Positions 1-7,280 of a DNA stretch of 32,000 nucleotides are shown here, piece by piece. This stretch comes from Clostridia bacterium (GTDB taxonomy: Bacteria; Bacillota; Clostridia; Christensenellales; Aristaeellaceae). Under the pieces are notes generated by a model that had not been told where the DNA came from, searched no databases, and worked only from the letters and a program-made list of their open reading frames with translations. Both the position numbers and the translations under genes were made by a program. Positions within the stretch are counted from its first letter, which is position 1; every line of letters starts with the position of its first letter. Where the stretch lies: NCBI GenBank assembly GCA_045599485.1, contig JAZRWA010000086.1:60039-92038 (forward strand), in the 5' to 3' direction.

Positions 1-340
1 GCAGGGCATCCTGCCGCTGCAGCTGACTGATGGGATCTTCAAGAGATTGGTTCGTGACCATTGTCAGGACGCGTTCCTGCAATCCCTGGCGATCCAGATA
101 GGCGGCGGTCTTTTTTTCGTTTGCCCGAAAAACAAACAGATATAAGAAAAAAAAAGTGATCAATGCGGCGGCTGTGCCGGCAGCGAGTGGGATGACAGGC
201 TGGCGCGCGGCTGTCAGCAGCCGATAACCCAGCAATGTGACTGCGGCAACAGCTGCTCCGCTGACTGCGGCCAGCGCTGCGCAGCGCAGCAATGCCTGCC
301 GGTTCAGCCGCTTTTGAAAAGGAATCAGTGCTTTGATCAA
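1..340 (-). CDS. hypothetical membrane protein, N-terminal part only (gene runs off the left edge)
   Basis: Open frame to position 1. TTG at 340-338 (complement) lies 9 nt after AAGGAGG (complement of 350-356). The product LIKALIPFQKRLNRQALLRCAALAAVSGAAVAAVTLLGYRLL...AAGTAAALITFFFLYLFVF has two hydrophobic segments. The tabulated ORF 39..398 is a different frame with Arg/Ser/Cys-rich junk composition. Confidence 0.45.
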   Translation of the reverse strand, partial: MIKALIPFQKRLNRQALLRCAALAAVSGAAVAAVTLLGYRLLTAARQPVIPLAAGTAAALITFFFLYLFVFRANEKKTAAYLDRQGLQERVLTMVTNQSLEDPISQLQRQDAL

Positions 341-673
341 CCGAACGGGCCTCCTTTGGTACGCAGATGGGTTGAATAAGAGAAAAAACAGGATGCACTG
401 CCCTGCAGCAGTGGCAGAATACCCTCTGATTATCTGCAAAAAATGTGCCAAAATGAAGGAAAAAGGGGCTGACGGCCCAAGATTATTTTTTATAGGAAGA
501 TAAACTTTTCCGGATTGGTGTTCGCAAGCTTTTTGAAAGAAACAGAATGAAACGAAATGCTATCAATTGAAACTGATTCGATGTATAATAGCATCACGAC
601 GGTTTTGACGTGTCATGCTGCATGCAGCTTCCAAACATTCTTGAAATTTTTTTGAAACAAAACGGAATACAGA

Positions 674-689
674 TGGCACGGTATTTGCA
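674..689 (+). promoter_or_regulatory. sigma-54 (-24/-12) promoter in front of the activator gene
   Basis: TGGCACGgtatTTGCA matches TGGCACG-N4-TTGCW exactly, with GG and GC 12 nt apart. It lies about 70 nt upstream of ATG 760. Confidence 0.7.
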
Positions 690-759
690 TAGGAGAAAAG
701 TAAGCCCCCAAGGGCTGCGTTTGGATGTGCCGGACCTGTGATCCGGCTTTGGAGGAAAC

Positions 760-2679
760 ATGGTTCACATTGATTTTGCGCTGCCGTCCCCAACGATGAT
801 CCCTTTTGTCAAACAGGCCTGGTCCATGCATAATGAGGTCTTCGGTCCTCGTCTGTATGGGCTCGATTATCGGTATACCGTGGAATGTGAGATTTCACCC
901 ACGATTATTCTGGCCAAGCATTTCAAGGCGGATGTCGTTGTCAGCCGCGGCGGTACCGCTGCCAGTATCCGCAATCAGAATCCGATGACACCGATCGTGG
1001 AGATCCCCATCACCGCCAATGATTTGCGTTTGTCCATCCGGCAGGCGGTGGAACGCTATGGCGATATGCCCATCGGCGTGGTTGGAACGGCCAATATGAC
1101 ATGCTGCGTGGATTATCTGGGTGCGGAGTTCCCCTTTCCCGTGATGGCGTTTACGACACCGGATATTGCTCGGGATAATCTGCGGGAGGGGGTACAGGAA
1201 GCCATTCGCAGCGGCGCAAAGATGATCATCGGCGGCTTTTATACCATGGAGTTTGCCAAGGAGTTCGGTGTGCCGAGCGGTCTGCTGACTTCGTCGGCGG
1301 AATCGATTTTTTTGGCCATCACCGAGGCCAAGCGTCTTGCACAGGTCTTTCTGGCGGAACGTGAATCCTCCGCGGCCAATCGCGCTGTGCTGAACCATGT
1401 CAGCGATGGCATCATTGCAGTCGATCAGAACGGTGTGGTGCGTGCCTTTAACCCGGCGGCAGAGGCATTGCTTGGCCGCAAGAGCAGCGAAATGGTCGGA
1501 CGCCCGACCGAAAAGGTATTGCCGGATGGAAACCTGCTCAATCTTCTGAATTATAACAAGCCTTTCAGCGATGAAGTGGTGCGCATCAACGGCGAATACA
1601 TCCGCATGAACGGCAGCAAAATGATGGATGCGGATCGTCAGCTGGGGACAGTCATCACCATGCGCAGGGTACGGGAAAACAATGTGGTCAGCGGCAATAT
1701 GACCGGCAACCGCAGTGAAAAAACCAACAAGGCAAAGTATCATTTCCGCGATATTCTGGGAGAAAGTATCGTTTTGCAGGATATGATCCATCAGGCGCGC
1801 CAGTATGCAAAGGTGGATTCCAACATTCTGCTGTATGGTGAGACCGGTACCGGCAAGGAGCTGGTGGCGCAGTCCATTCACAACGAAAGTGAGCGCGCGG
1901 ACCGCCCGTTTGTGGCGGTCAACTGCGCGGCGATCTCACCGTCATTGTTTGAAAGTGAGCTGTTTGGTTATGTCGGCGGTGCCTTTACCGGTGCCAGCAA
2001 GAACGGCAAGGCGGGCTTTTTCGAGTCGGCGCACACCGGCACCATTTTTCTGGATGAAATCAGCGAAATTCCCCTGGAAATGCAGACAAGGCTGCTGCGC
2101 ATCATTCAGGAGCGAGAGGTGCGCCGTATCGGCAGCGACAAGGTGATCGAGGTGGATGTGCGCATCATCTGTGCCACCAATAAGGATCTGACCCAACTGA
2201 TCGCGCAGAACAAATTCCGTGAGGACCTGTATTACCGTCTCAAGGTGCTGTCCATCAATCTTCCCCCGCTGCGCAGCCGGGAAGGCGATGCCGCGCTGAT
2301 CATGCAGCATTATCTCAATTATTACGCGGCAAAATTCGGCAAAACGGAGATTCGTCTTTCCCCGGATGCTGCCACACTGGTCGGACATTATCCCTGGCCG
2401 GGCAACCTGCGTGAACTGCGCAATGTCTCCGAGCAGCTGGCGGTGTTGTGCTCGACAACCTATATTACACTGAGCGATGTAAAAAATGTGTTGCCGCAAA
2501 AGGAAGCGCCTCAGGAGACGGCGGCCGTTGCGGCCCCGGTGATGTCACTGCGGGAGAAAGAACGCCAGAAAATCCTGGATACGCTGCTGATCGCCAATAC
2601 CAAAAAAGAGGCGGCCAGTATGCTGGGCCTCAGTAAAACGACCCTGTGGAGAAAGATCCGCGAGTACGGAATCGAGTGA
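760..2679 (+). CDS. sigma-54-dependent transcriptional activator (PrpR_N-like sensor + PAS + AAA+ + Fis-type HTH)
   Basis: Walker A GETGTGKE, sigma-54 contact loop GGAFTGA, ESELFGY, and C-terminal HTH KKEAASMLGLSKTTLWRKIREYGI. The N-terminus VVVSRGGTAASIR is PrpR_N-like and SDGIIAVDQNGVVRAFNPAAEALLG is PAS-like. GGAGGAaacATG start; TGA stop. Confidence 0.95.
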   Translation: MVHIDFALPSPTMIPFVKQAWSMHNEVFGPRLYGLDYRYTVECEISPTIILAKHFKADVVVSRGGTAASIRNQNPMTPIVEIPITANDLRLSIRQAVERYGDMPIGVVGTANMTCCVDYLGAEFPFPVMAFTTPDIARDNLREGVQEAIRSGAKMIIGGFYTMEFAKEFGVPSGLLTSSAESIFLAITEAKRLAQVFLAERESSAANRAVLNHVSDGIIAVDQNGVVRAFNPAAEALLGRKSSEMVGRPTEKVLPDGNLLNLLNYNKPFSDEVVRINGEYIRMNGSKMMDADRQLGTVITMRRVRENNVVSGNMTGNRSEKTNKAKYHFRDILGESIVLQDMIHQARQYAKVDSNILLYGETGTGKELVAQSIHNESERADRPFVAVNCAAISPSLFESELFGYVGGAFTGASKNGKAGFFESAHTGTIFLDEISEIPLEMQTRLLRIIQEREVRRIGSDKVIEVDVRIICATNKDLTQLIAQNKFREDLYYRLKVLSINLPPLRSREGDAALIMQHYLNYYAAKFGKTEIRLSPDAATLVGHYPWPGNLRELRNVSEQLAVLCSTTYITLSDVKNVLPQKEAPQETAAVAAPVMSLREKERQKILDTLLIANTKKEAASMLGLSKTTLWRKIREYGIE

Positions 2680-2777
2680 AAACCTGCTGTATCCGATTGA
2701 AACCATATGAACAACAACGCACCGCGGTGAAAACAAAAACGGAAATACAGCGTCGCGAACCCATTTGAACGCAATTA

Positions 2778-2820
2778 GGACAGCAAAACCATGCTCTGGT
2801 GTTGCCGTCCTTTACTATTT
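2778..2820 (+). terminator. possible intrinsic terminator after the activator gene
   Basis: Imperfect stem GGACAGCAA (2778-2786) / TTGCCGTCC (2802-2810) with a long 15-nt loop, followed by T-rich tttactattttcatt. Confidence 0.35.
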
Positions 2821-3147
2821 TCATTCTCAATAGCTGTTAATAAATCACAAACAGTGTTTGAAATGTTCAAAAAGTTTCAAAACATTTCAACTGGTATCAA
2901 CTGGCACGATGACGAAACACAATGAAACGAGCGGAAGCAACCGGATTGAAACAGTCAATGAACCGTTTCGATTCCGTTGGAGAGGCTGCGGTACTTTTTT
3001 CCTTTTTGAAACGTGCGGCGGAGCTGAAAGCAGAGTTCCGGAAAACAATATTTCAGCGATTTGCTTTTGCATATATAATGTATGTTCATTTTGCATAGCA
3101 GGGAAAATGAAAAAAACTGAAAGATAATTTTACTTGAATCTCTTTTT

Positions 3148-3163
3148 TGGCACGCTTTTCGCT
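3148..3163 (+). promoter_or_regulatory. sigma-54 (-24/-12) promoter driving the MBL-fold gene
   Basis: TGGCACGctttTCGCT has GG and GC at the correct 12-nt spacing with one mismatch in the -12 box (TCGC for TTGC). It lies 125 nt upstream of ATG 3289 at the end of an AT-rich spacer, next to a sigma-54 activator gene. Confidence 0.6.
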
Positions 3164-3288
3164 ATTAAGTATGACAGAAGCATTTCCGGTTCTTCCGGAG
3201 ATGGGAAATCAGTTCAGTGCTCACGGCCGGTGCTGATGCCTGAAAAGAAAAGTTGGCCGGAGAATACAGAAAGAGAGAGGAACCCAAC

Positions 3289-4431
3289 ATGAAGAAGATC
3301 GCTTCTATCCTCCTGTGCGTGCTGCTGATCTGCGTTGCCGCTCTGGCTGTCGCTGAATCCGCGCCCGCCACCAGCACCTGGGGCTGGGTCGTGACCCCCG
3401 CCACGGTGGATGAGAACGGCTGCGTGACCGTCGAGATCGTCGAAGCCGCCACCTTCGAGAAGAAGACCTTCACCACCGAACCCCTGACCGTGACCAATGC
3501 CCTGACCGGCGTTACCCGCGCTGAAGCGGTGGTCGCCCTGTGCCAGGCCGACAACAGCATTGAGCTCGTCATGGACGCCGAAGGCAAGGTCATCAACATT
3601 GAACGCCTGATGCAGATGGCCGGCGGCTTTGGCCCCTCCATCGGCTTTATGGACTCTGCCAAGTACGGCGTTGAGCTGACCGGCGAGGGCGGCAAGCCCG
3701 GTGCCATGATGGCTCAGGCCTGGGTGCTGGCGACTGATTCCGACGCCCGCACCATCACCGTGGGCGACGGCAACCACTGCACCAACATCTTCGAAGAGAC
3801 CTACACCCTGGCCGATGACTGCCAGATCTTCGCTGTGGACAATACCACCACCGTTGAAGGTACTCTGGTGACCGGCAGCTGGGCCGGTGAACCCACCACC
3901 CTGGAAGAGATCGTTGTCTGCCCCGTGGGCGAAGACGGCGAGATCTACTACCAGCCCGAAAAGTACGTTGTGATCGCCGTGTTCGACGGTGATTACACCA
4001 CCTACGAGACCGCCAAGGTCGCTCAGCTGTATGTGTACAAGAACCCCGAAGTGCTGGCTGCCAGCAAGCTGGTGACCCCCGACAACACCACCTACGACGG
4101 TGTGGCCTGGATGCCCGCTGTGTCCGCTGCTGTTGAAAAGCATCAGTATGGTTTTGACGGCTCCTGCCTGCCCTTCGAAGTGATGGCCGATCGTTTCTAC
4201 TCCATCGGCGATTCCTACACCAATGTTTATCTGTTCGTCGGCGACGACGGCACCATGACCCTGCTGGACCAGGGCAACACCTGCGCCTCCTACCAGTACT
4301 GGCTGAACCTGGAAGCCATGGGCTTCGATCCCCGTGAAGTGGATAAGATCCTGCTGACCCACGGCCATGGCGACCACTATCAGGCTCTGGTTGAGAACCT
4401 GACCATGATCAACCACTATCAGGTGGGTTAG
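3289..4431 (+). CDS. secreted metallo-beta-lactamase-fold protein, part 1 (ends at in-frame TAG 4429-4431)
   Basis: SD agagagagg sits 8 nt before ATG 3289. Signal peptide MKKIASILLCVLLICVAALAVA. MBL motif THGHGDH at 4357-4377. The frame continues directly into 4432..5604 after a single TAG. Confidence 0.85.
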   Translation: MKKIASILLCVLLICVAALAVAESAPATSTWGWVVTPATVDENGCVTVEIVEAATFEKKTFTTEPLTVTNALTGVTRAEAVVALCQADNSIELVMDAEGKVINIERLMQMAGGFGPSIGFMDSAKYGVELTGEGGKPGAMMAQAWVLATDSDARTITVGDGNHCTNIFEETYTLADDCQIFAVDNTTTVEGTLVTGSWAGEPTTLEEIVVCPVGEDGEIYYQPEKYVVIAVFDGDYTTYETAKVAQLYVYKNPEVLAASKLVTPDNTTYDGVAWMPAVSAAVEKHQYGFDGSCLPFEVMADRFYSIGDSYTNVYLFVGDDGTMTLLDQGNTCASYQYWLNLEAMGFDPREVDKILLTHGHGDHYQALVENLTMINHYQVG

Positions 4432-5604
4432 GGCAACATCGCCTACGGCGAGCAGTATGCTGCTGTGCAGACCTCCGGCAACAACAAGGGCGGCTTCGAT
4501 TACCTCGGCTACCCCGAAATCGGCCCCGTGCTGACCGACAAGTCCATCTCCTACACCCTGACCGCTTGGGACACCTGGTATGAGTGGCAGAACGACTTCG
4601 GCGGCGGCGTTGAAGTGTATCCCTTCCTGACCACCGGTCATACCGCTGATACCGCTTCTTTCGTGTTCCGTCTCACCGCTACCGAAAACGATAAGGTTCT
4701 GGAAGCCGGCAAGACCGCTGCCTTCTGCTACATGGGCGGCTACGGCGCACAGAACAACCTGAAGTCCGGTTGGACCCGTCTGGCTTATGTGGATGGCCTG
4801 AAGTACATCCAGAGCGTTGCCGCTCCCATGGCCGCCGCTTCTGCTGACTACGTGTACAACGTTCCCCAGCACTCCAACCAGTATCCCTGGTACGATATTG
4901 CCAAGGCCTGCCAGGAGAAGAACATTCCCTTCCTGTCCGTGCTGACCGAGGGCCTGGACGCCATCCAGAACTTCTGCGAGAAGCGCATCTCCTACAACAC
5001 CTATGAGAACTTCTATCAGGCTTGGCTGAACGAGACCGACGAAGTGGGCAACCTGTTCTTCGAGCATGGCGGCTTCCGCTCCTCCATCTCCTCCAAGACC
5101 CTGCAGACCATCGAGGCCGGCGGTCCCTATAAGCGTGCTGAAGGCACCTATGAGCTGGAAGTTGTGGATGCCACCATCCTGCACGGCTTCGATATGTGGC
5201 AGAACCCCTCCGAGGAGTTCGCCGGCATGTACAACATCTACGGTTTCGAACTCTCCGAAGGTTTCGTCATCCCCAAGGATGCCTTCGTGCATGATCCCGA
5301 CAGCTACTTTGTGCAGATCGTCGGCCATGTGAAGGATGACTACGCCGGCAAGGTCGATTATGACACCAACTTCTTCGGTGCTGATAACTATGCTGTGCAG
5401 TGGACCAGCGGCCCCGTTGAAATTGCCAACCGTCCTACCGATTCCGCCTGGACCGAGATCGTCCGCACCACCCGCGTGAGCACTCTGGAAGAGGCTCAGG
5501 CTCTGCTGGATGCCATCGAGATCGGCAGCACCTACACCGTCCAGCTGGACAAGGTCAGCGACATCGTTGTGGCTGAAACTCCCGCTGCTACCTTCGTGAA
5601 GTAA
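4432..5604 (+). CDS. continuation of the same MBL-fold reading frame after the TAG (part 2; pseudogene half or read-through product)
   Basis: Same frame as 3289..4431. It contains the rest of the MBL domain (TTGHTADT with His at 4639-4641, CYMGGYG, PQHSNQ). There is no SD and the first possible start is GTG 4465. Codon bias matches part 1; TAA stop. Confidence 0.75.
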   Translation, partial: GNIAYGEQYAAVQTSGNNKGGFDYLGYPEIGPVLTDKSISYTLTAWDTWYEWQNDFGGGVEVYPFLTTGHTADTASFVFRLTATENDKVLEAGKTAAFCYMGGYGAQNNLKSGWTRLAYVDGLKYIQSVAAPMAAASADYVYNVPQHSNQYPWYDIAKACQEKNIPFLSVLTEGLDAIQNFCEKRISYNTYENFYQAWLNETDEVGNLFFEHGGFRSSISSKTLQTIEAGGPYKRAEGTYELEVVDATILHGFDMWQNPSEEFAGMYNIYGFELSEGFVIPKDAFVHDPDSYFVQIVGHVKDDYAGKVDYDTNFFGADNYAVQWTSGPVEIANRPTDSAWTEIVRTTRVSTLEEAQALLDAIEIGSTYTVQLDKVSDIVVAETPAATFVK

Positions 5605-5620
5605 TTCACCCGTATCCTTT

Positions 5621-5655
5621 GGAGCCGTGGCCCGCAGGGCCGCGGCTCCTTTTAT
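5621..5655 (+). terminator. intrinsic terminator of the MBL-fold gene
   Basis: 13-bp stem GGAGCCGTGGCCC / GGGCCGCGGCTCC (one G:U pair), loop GCA, then TTTTAT. Confidence 0.7.
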
Positions 5656-5661
5656 GTCCGG

Positions 5662-5700
5662 AAACAATAACAAAGGACGGCGGAATATCTTCCGTCGTCC
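5662..5700 (-). terminator. intrinsic terminator of mtnN (minus strand)
   Basis: 11-bp stem GGACGGCGGAA (5675-5685) / TTCCGTCGTCC (5690-5700) with one wobble pair. On the minus strand it is followed by TTTGTTATTGTTT. Confidence 0.55.
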
Positions 5701-5720
5701 TGTTCGTATATTTGATTGGA

Positions 5721-6410
5721 TTATTCCTGTGCCAACGCTTCCAGCAGCGCGGCGGCAGCGCTTGCGGCGGCTTGAGCGGCACTGACTTCATTGCGCTCGA
5801 AGGAATCCATGCCGCTTTCGTCACCGGTATCGCTCATGGCGCGGATGGCCATGAAGGGGATACCGTTGGCAAAGCAGGCATGGGCTGCGGCAGCGGATTC
5901 CATATCCACGCACAGCGGATGCCATGCGTCAATGATCAGCTGGCGACCTTCCTGCACAATGAACTGCTCTCCGCTGACCATGGTGCCGAAGAAAGCGGGG
6001 TAGAGCAGTTTGCCTTCGTCGTTCAGACGGCGGCAAATGCCCAGCATTTTTTCATCGCCGGGGAAATATCCGGCATCGGGCACGGGGCGGTAACGCAGCA
6101 TGCCGGGGTCGACATCGTGCTGTGCCAGACGCTCGGAAAAAGCCAGCGCATGCACGCCAAGGCGTGGATCCATACCGCCGGCGACGCCCACCATGATGAT
6201 GCGGTCCACCTGCCAGCGGTCGATCAGCAGCTGGGCGGTAATGGCAGCGTTCACCTTGCAGATGCCGGTGGCGGCGGCCACGATGTGCAATTTGCCGATA
6301 TGCGCCTCCATGATGGTGGTACGGGCAATTTCGGTTTCCTTTTCGATGGTCAGGTGGGCGATGACCGATTCGATCTCGGATTTCATCGCGCAAAGCAGGC
6401 CGATGGTCAT
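5721..6410 (-). CDS. mtnN: 5'-methylthioadenosine/S-adenosylhomocysteine nucleosidase
   Basis: MTIGLLCAMKSEIE...GICKVNAAITAQLLI...MVGVAGG...VSGEQF...CVDMESAAAAH...AIRAMSD is typical of the Pfs/MtnN family. AAGAGG SD; TAA stop. Confidence 0.9.
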   Translation of the reverse strand: MTIGLLCAMKSEIESVIAHLTIEKETEIARTTIMEAHIGKLHIVAAATGICKVNAAITAQLLIDRWQVDRIIMVGVAGGMDPRLGVHALAFSERLAQHDVDPGMLRYRPVPDAGYFPGDEKMLGICRRLNDEGKLLYPAFFGTMVSGEQFIVQEGRQLIIDAWHPLCVDMESAAAAHACFANGIPFMAIRAMSDTGDESGMDSFERNEVSAAQAAASAAAALLEALAQE

Positions 6411-6434
6411 ACAAATACCTCTTATCTCAATGGT

Positions 6435-7247
6435 TTATTGGTCGGGCTCCAGGTCGGCTCCGGGCATGACGGCCACCGTGCGGATCTTGCGGGCGGCGGC
6501 GGCACGCATCAGAGCGGTCTGTGCCGGTATGCTGCTGAAAATGTTGGCGGAGATGTGTTCCACGCCGTGGGGGCGCAGCTGCTCGGCTGCGGCGCCGATG
6601 ATGGCCTTGGCAAAGCCCTGACGGCGGTAATCGGCGCGTACATACAGACCTACCAGAGAGACGGAGTCTCCCTGACCGGCCAGAAGCACCTCGCTGACTG
6701 GATTCACGCCGCGGTAAAAGCCGAGGGCGCAGAAATGCTCCATCTGCATGCAGCGGATCATGGTGTTCATGTCCAACGTTTCGATACGGTAAGCATTGAG
6801 ACGCTGCATAAAGGCCATGGCGTCTTCCTGACTGCGCAGCGTGACCGGCAGCAGATTGCAGCTGACCGGCACACGGGAGGACCAGGCGGGCAGTTCAAAA
6901 TGCCACACATCCTGCGTGTCATCGGCCTTGAAGCCGGCTTTTTCGTAGAAGGAAAGCAGGTCGGCGTCTTCCGGCGATACAATGGTATACAGACGCGCGC
7001 GCAGACCAGGGGCCTCGGCTCTCATTTCCTCGGCACGCGCCAGCAGCGCGCCCAGCAGCAGACTGCGGGCGGCGGGCTGCGCCTCGATGGAAATAAAGAT
7101 GCGCAGCGGGGCGTTGGGATACATTTCGCCCTGCATAAAGCTGATGACCGTACCGGTGCCCATCGGCACCTGCTGATCATTGGAGACGATAAAGCAATTA
7201 CGGGGATCCAGACCCTGATAGGGGCCGATGGGATGTGAAAGCTGCAT
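6435..7247 (-). CDS. GNAT-family N-acetyltransferase (apparently two GNAT-like halves)
   Basis: Acetyl-CoA motif RRQGFAKAIIGAAAEQL in the C-terminal half and YEKAGF in the N-terminal half. Start moved to ATG 7247 (GAGGAActgatttcATG) rather than the table start at 7274. Confidence 0.8.
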   Translation of the reverse strand: MQLSHPIGPYQGLDPRNCFIVSNDQQVPMGTGTVISFMQGEMYPNAPLRIFISIEAQPAARSLLLGALLARAEEMRAEAPGLRARLYTIVSPEDADLLSFYEKAGFKADDTQDVWHFELPAWSSRVPVSCNLLPVTLRSQEDAMAFMQRLNAYRIETLDMNTMIRCMQMEHFCALGFYRGVNPVSEVLLAGQGDSVSLVGLYVRADYRRQGFAKAIIGAAAEQLRPHGVEHISANIFSSIPAQTALMRAAAARKIRTVAVMPGADLEPDQ

Positions 7248-7280
7248 GAAATCAGTTCCTCTGTGGCGGCGCAAAACGGC

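Noticed and set aside
39-398. 119-aa minus-strand ORF at the left edge
   Set aside because: The composition (runs of R, S and C) is not protein-like. A different minus frame gives a hydrophobic membrane protein with an AAGGAGG SD and a TTG start at 340, which I report instead.
2902-2917. TGGCAC at 2902-2907 as a third sigma-54 promoter
   Set aside because: The -12 position reads CGAA rather than TTGC/TCGC, so there is no GC at the required spacing.
2858-3127. 89-aa plus-strand ORF, and the 6-codon MKKTER mini-ORF at 3107..3127, in the AT-rich spacer
   Set aside because: Neither has a convincing SD. The sequence is AT-rich and repeat-laden with non-coding-like composition, and it overlaps the candidate regulatory words. 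The mini-ORF could be a leader peptide, but nothing supports that.
4465-5604. Second MBL ORF as an independent gene starting at GTG 4465
   Set aside because: It has no SD. It begins in the middle of the MBL domain and is in frame with, and only 11 codons after, the TAG that ends the upstream ORF. It is better explained as the continuation of one gene.
3214-5673. 819-aa minus-strand ORF covering the whole MBL-fold gene
   Set aside because: It is an antisense shadow of a strongly codon-biased GC-rich gene. The product is Gly/Ala/Val/His-rich low-complexity sequence with no recognisable motif, SD or sensible neighbours. The plus-strand frame carries the signal peptide and MBL motifs.
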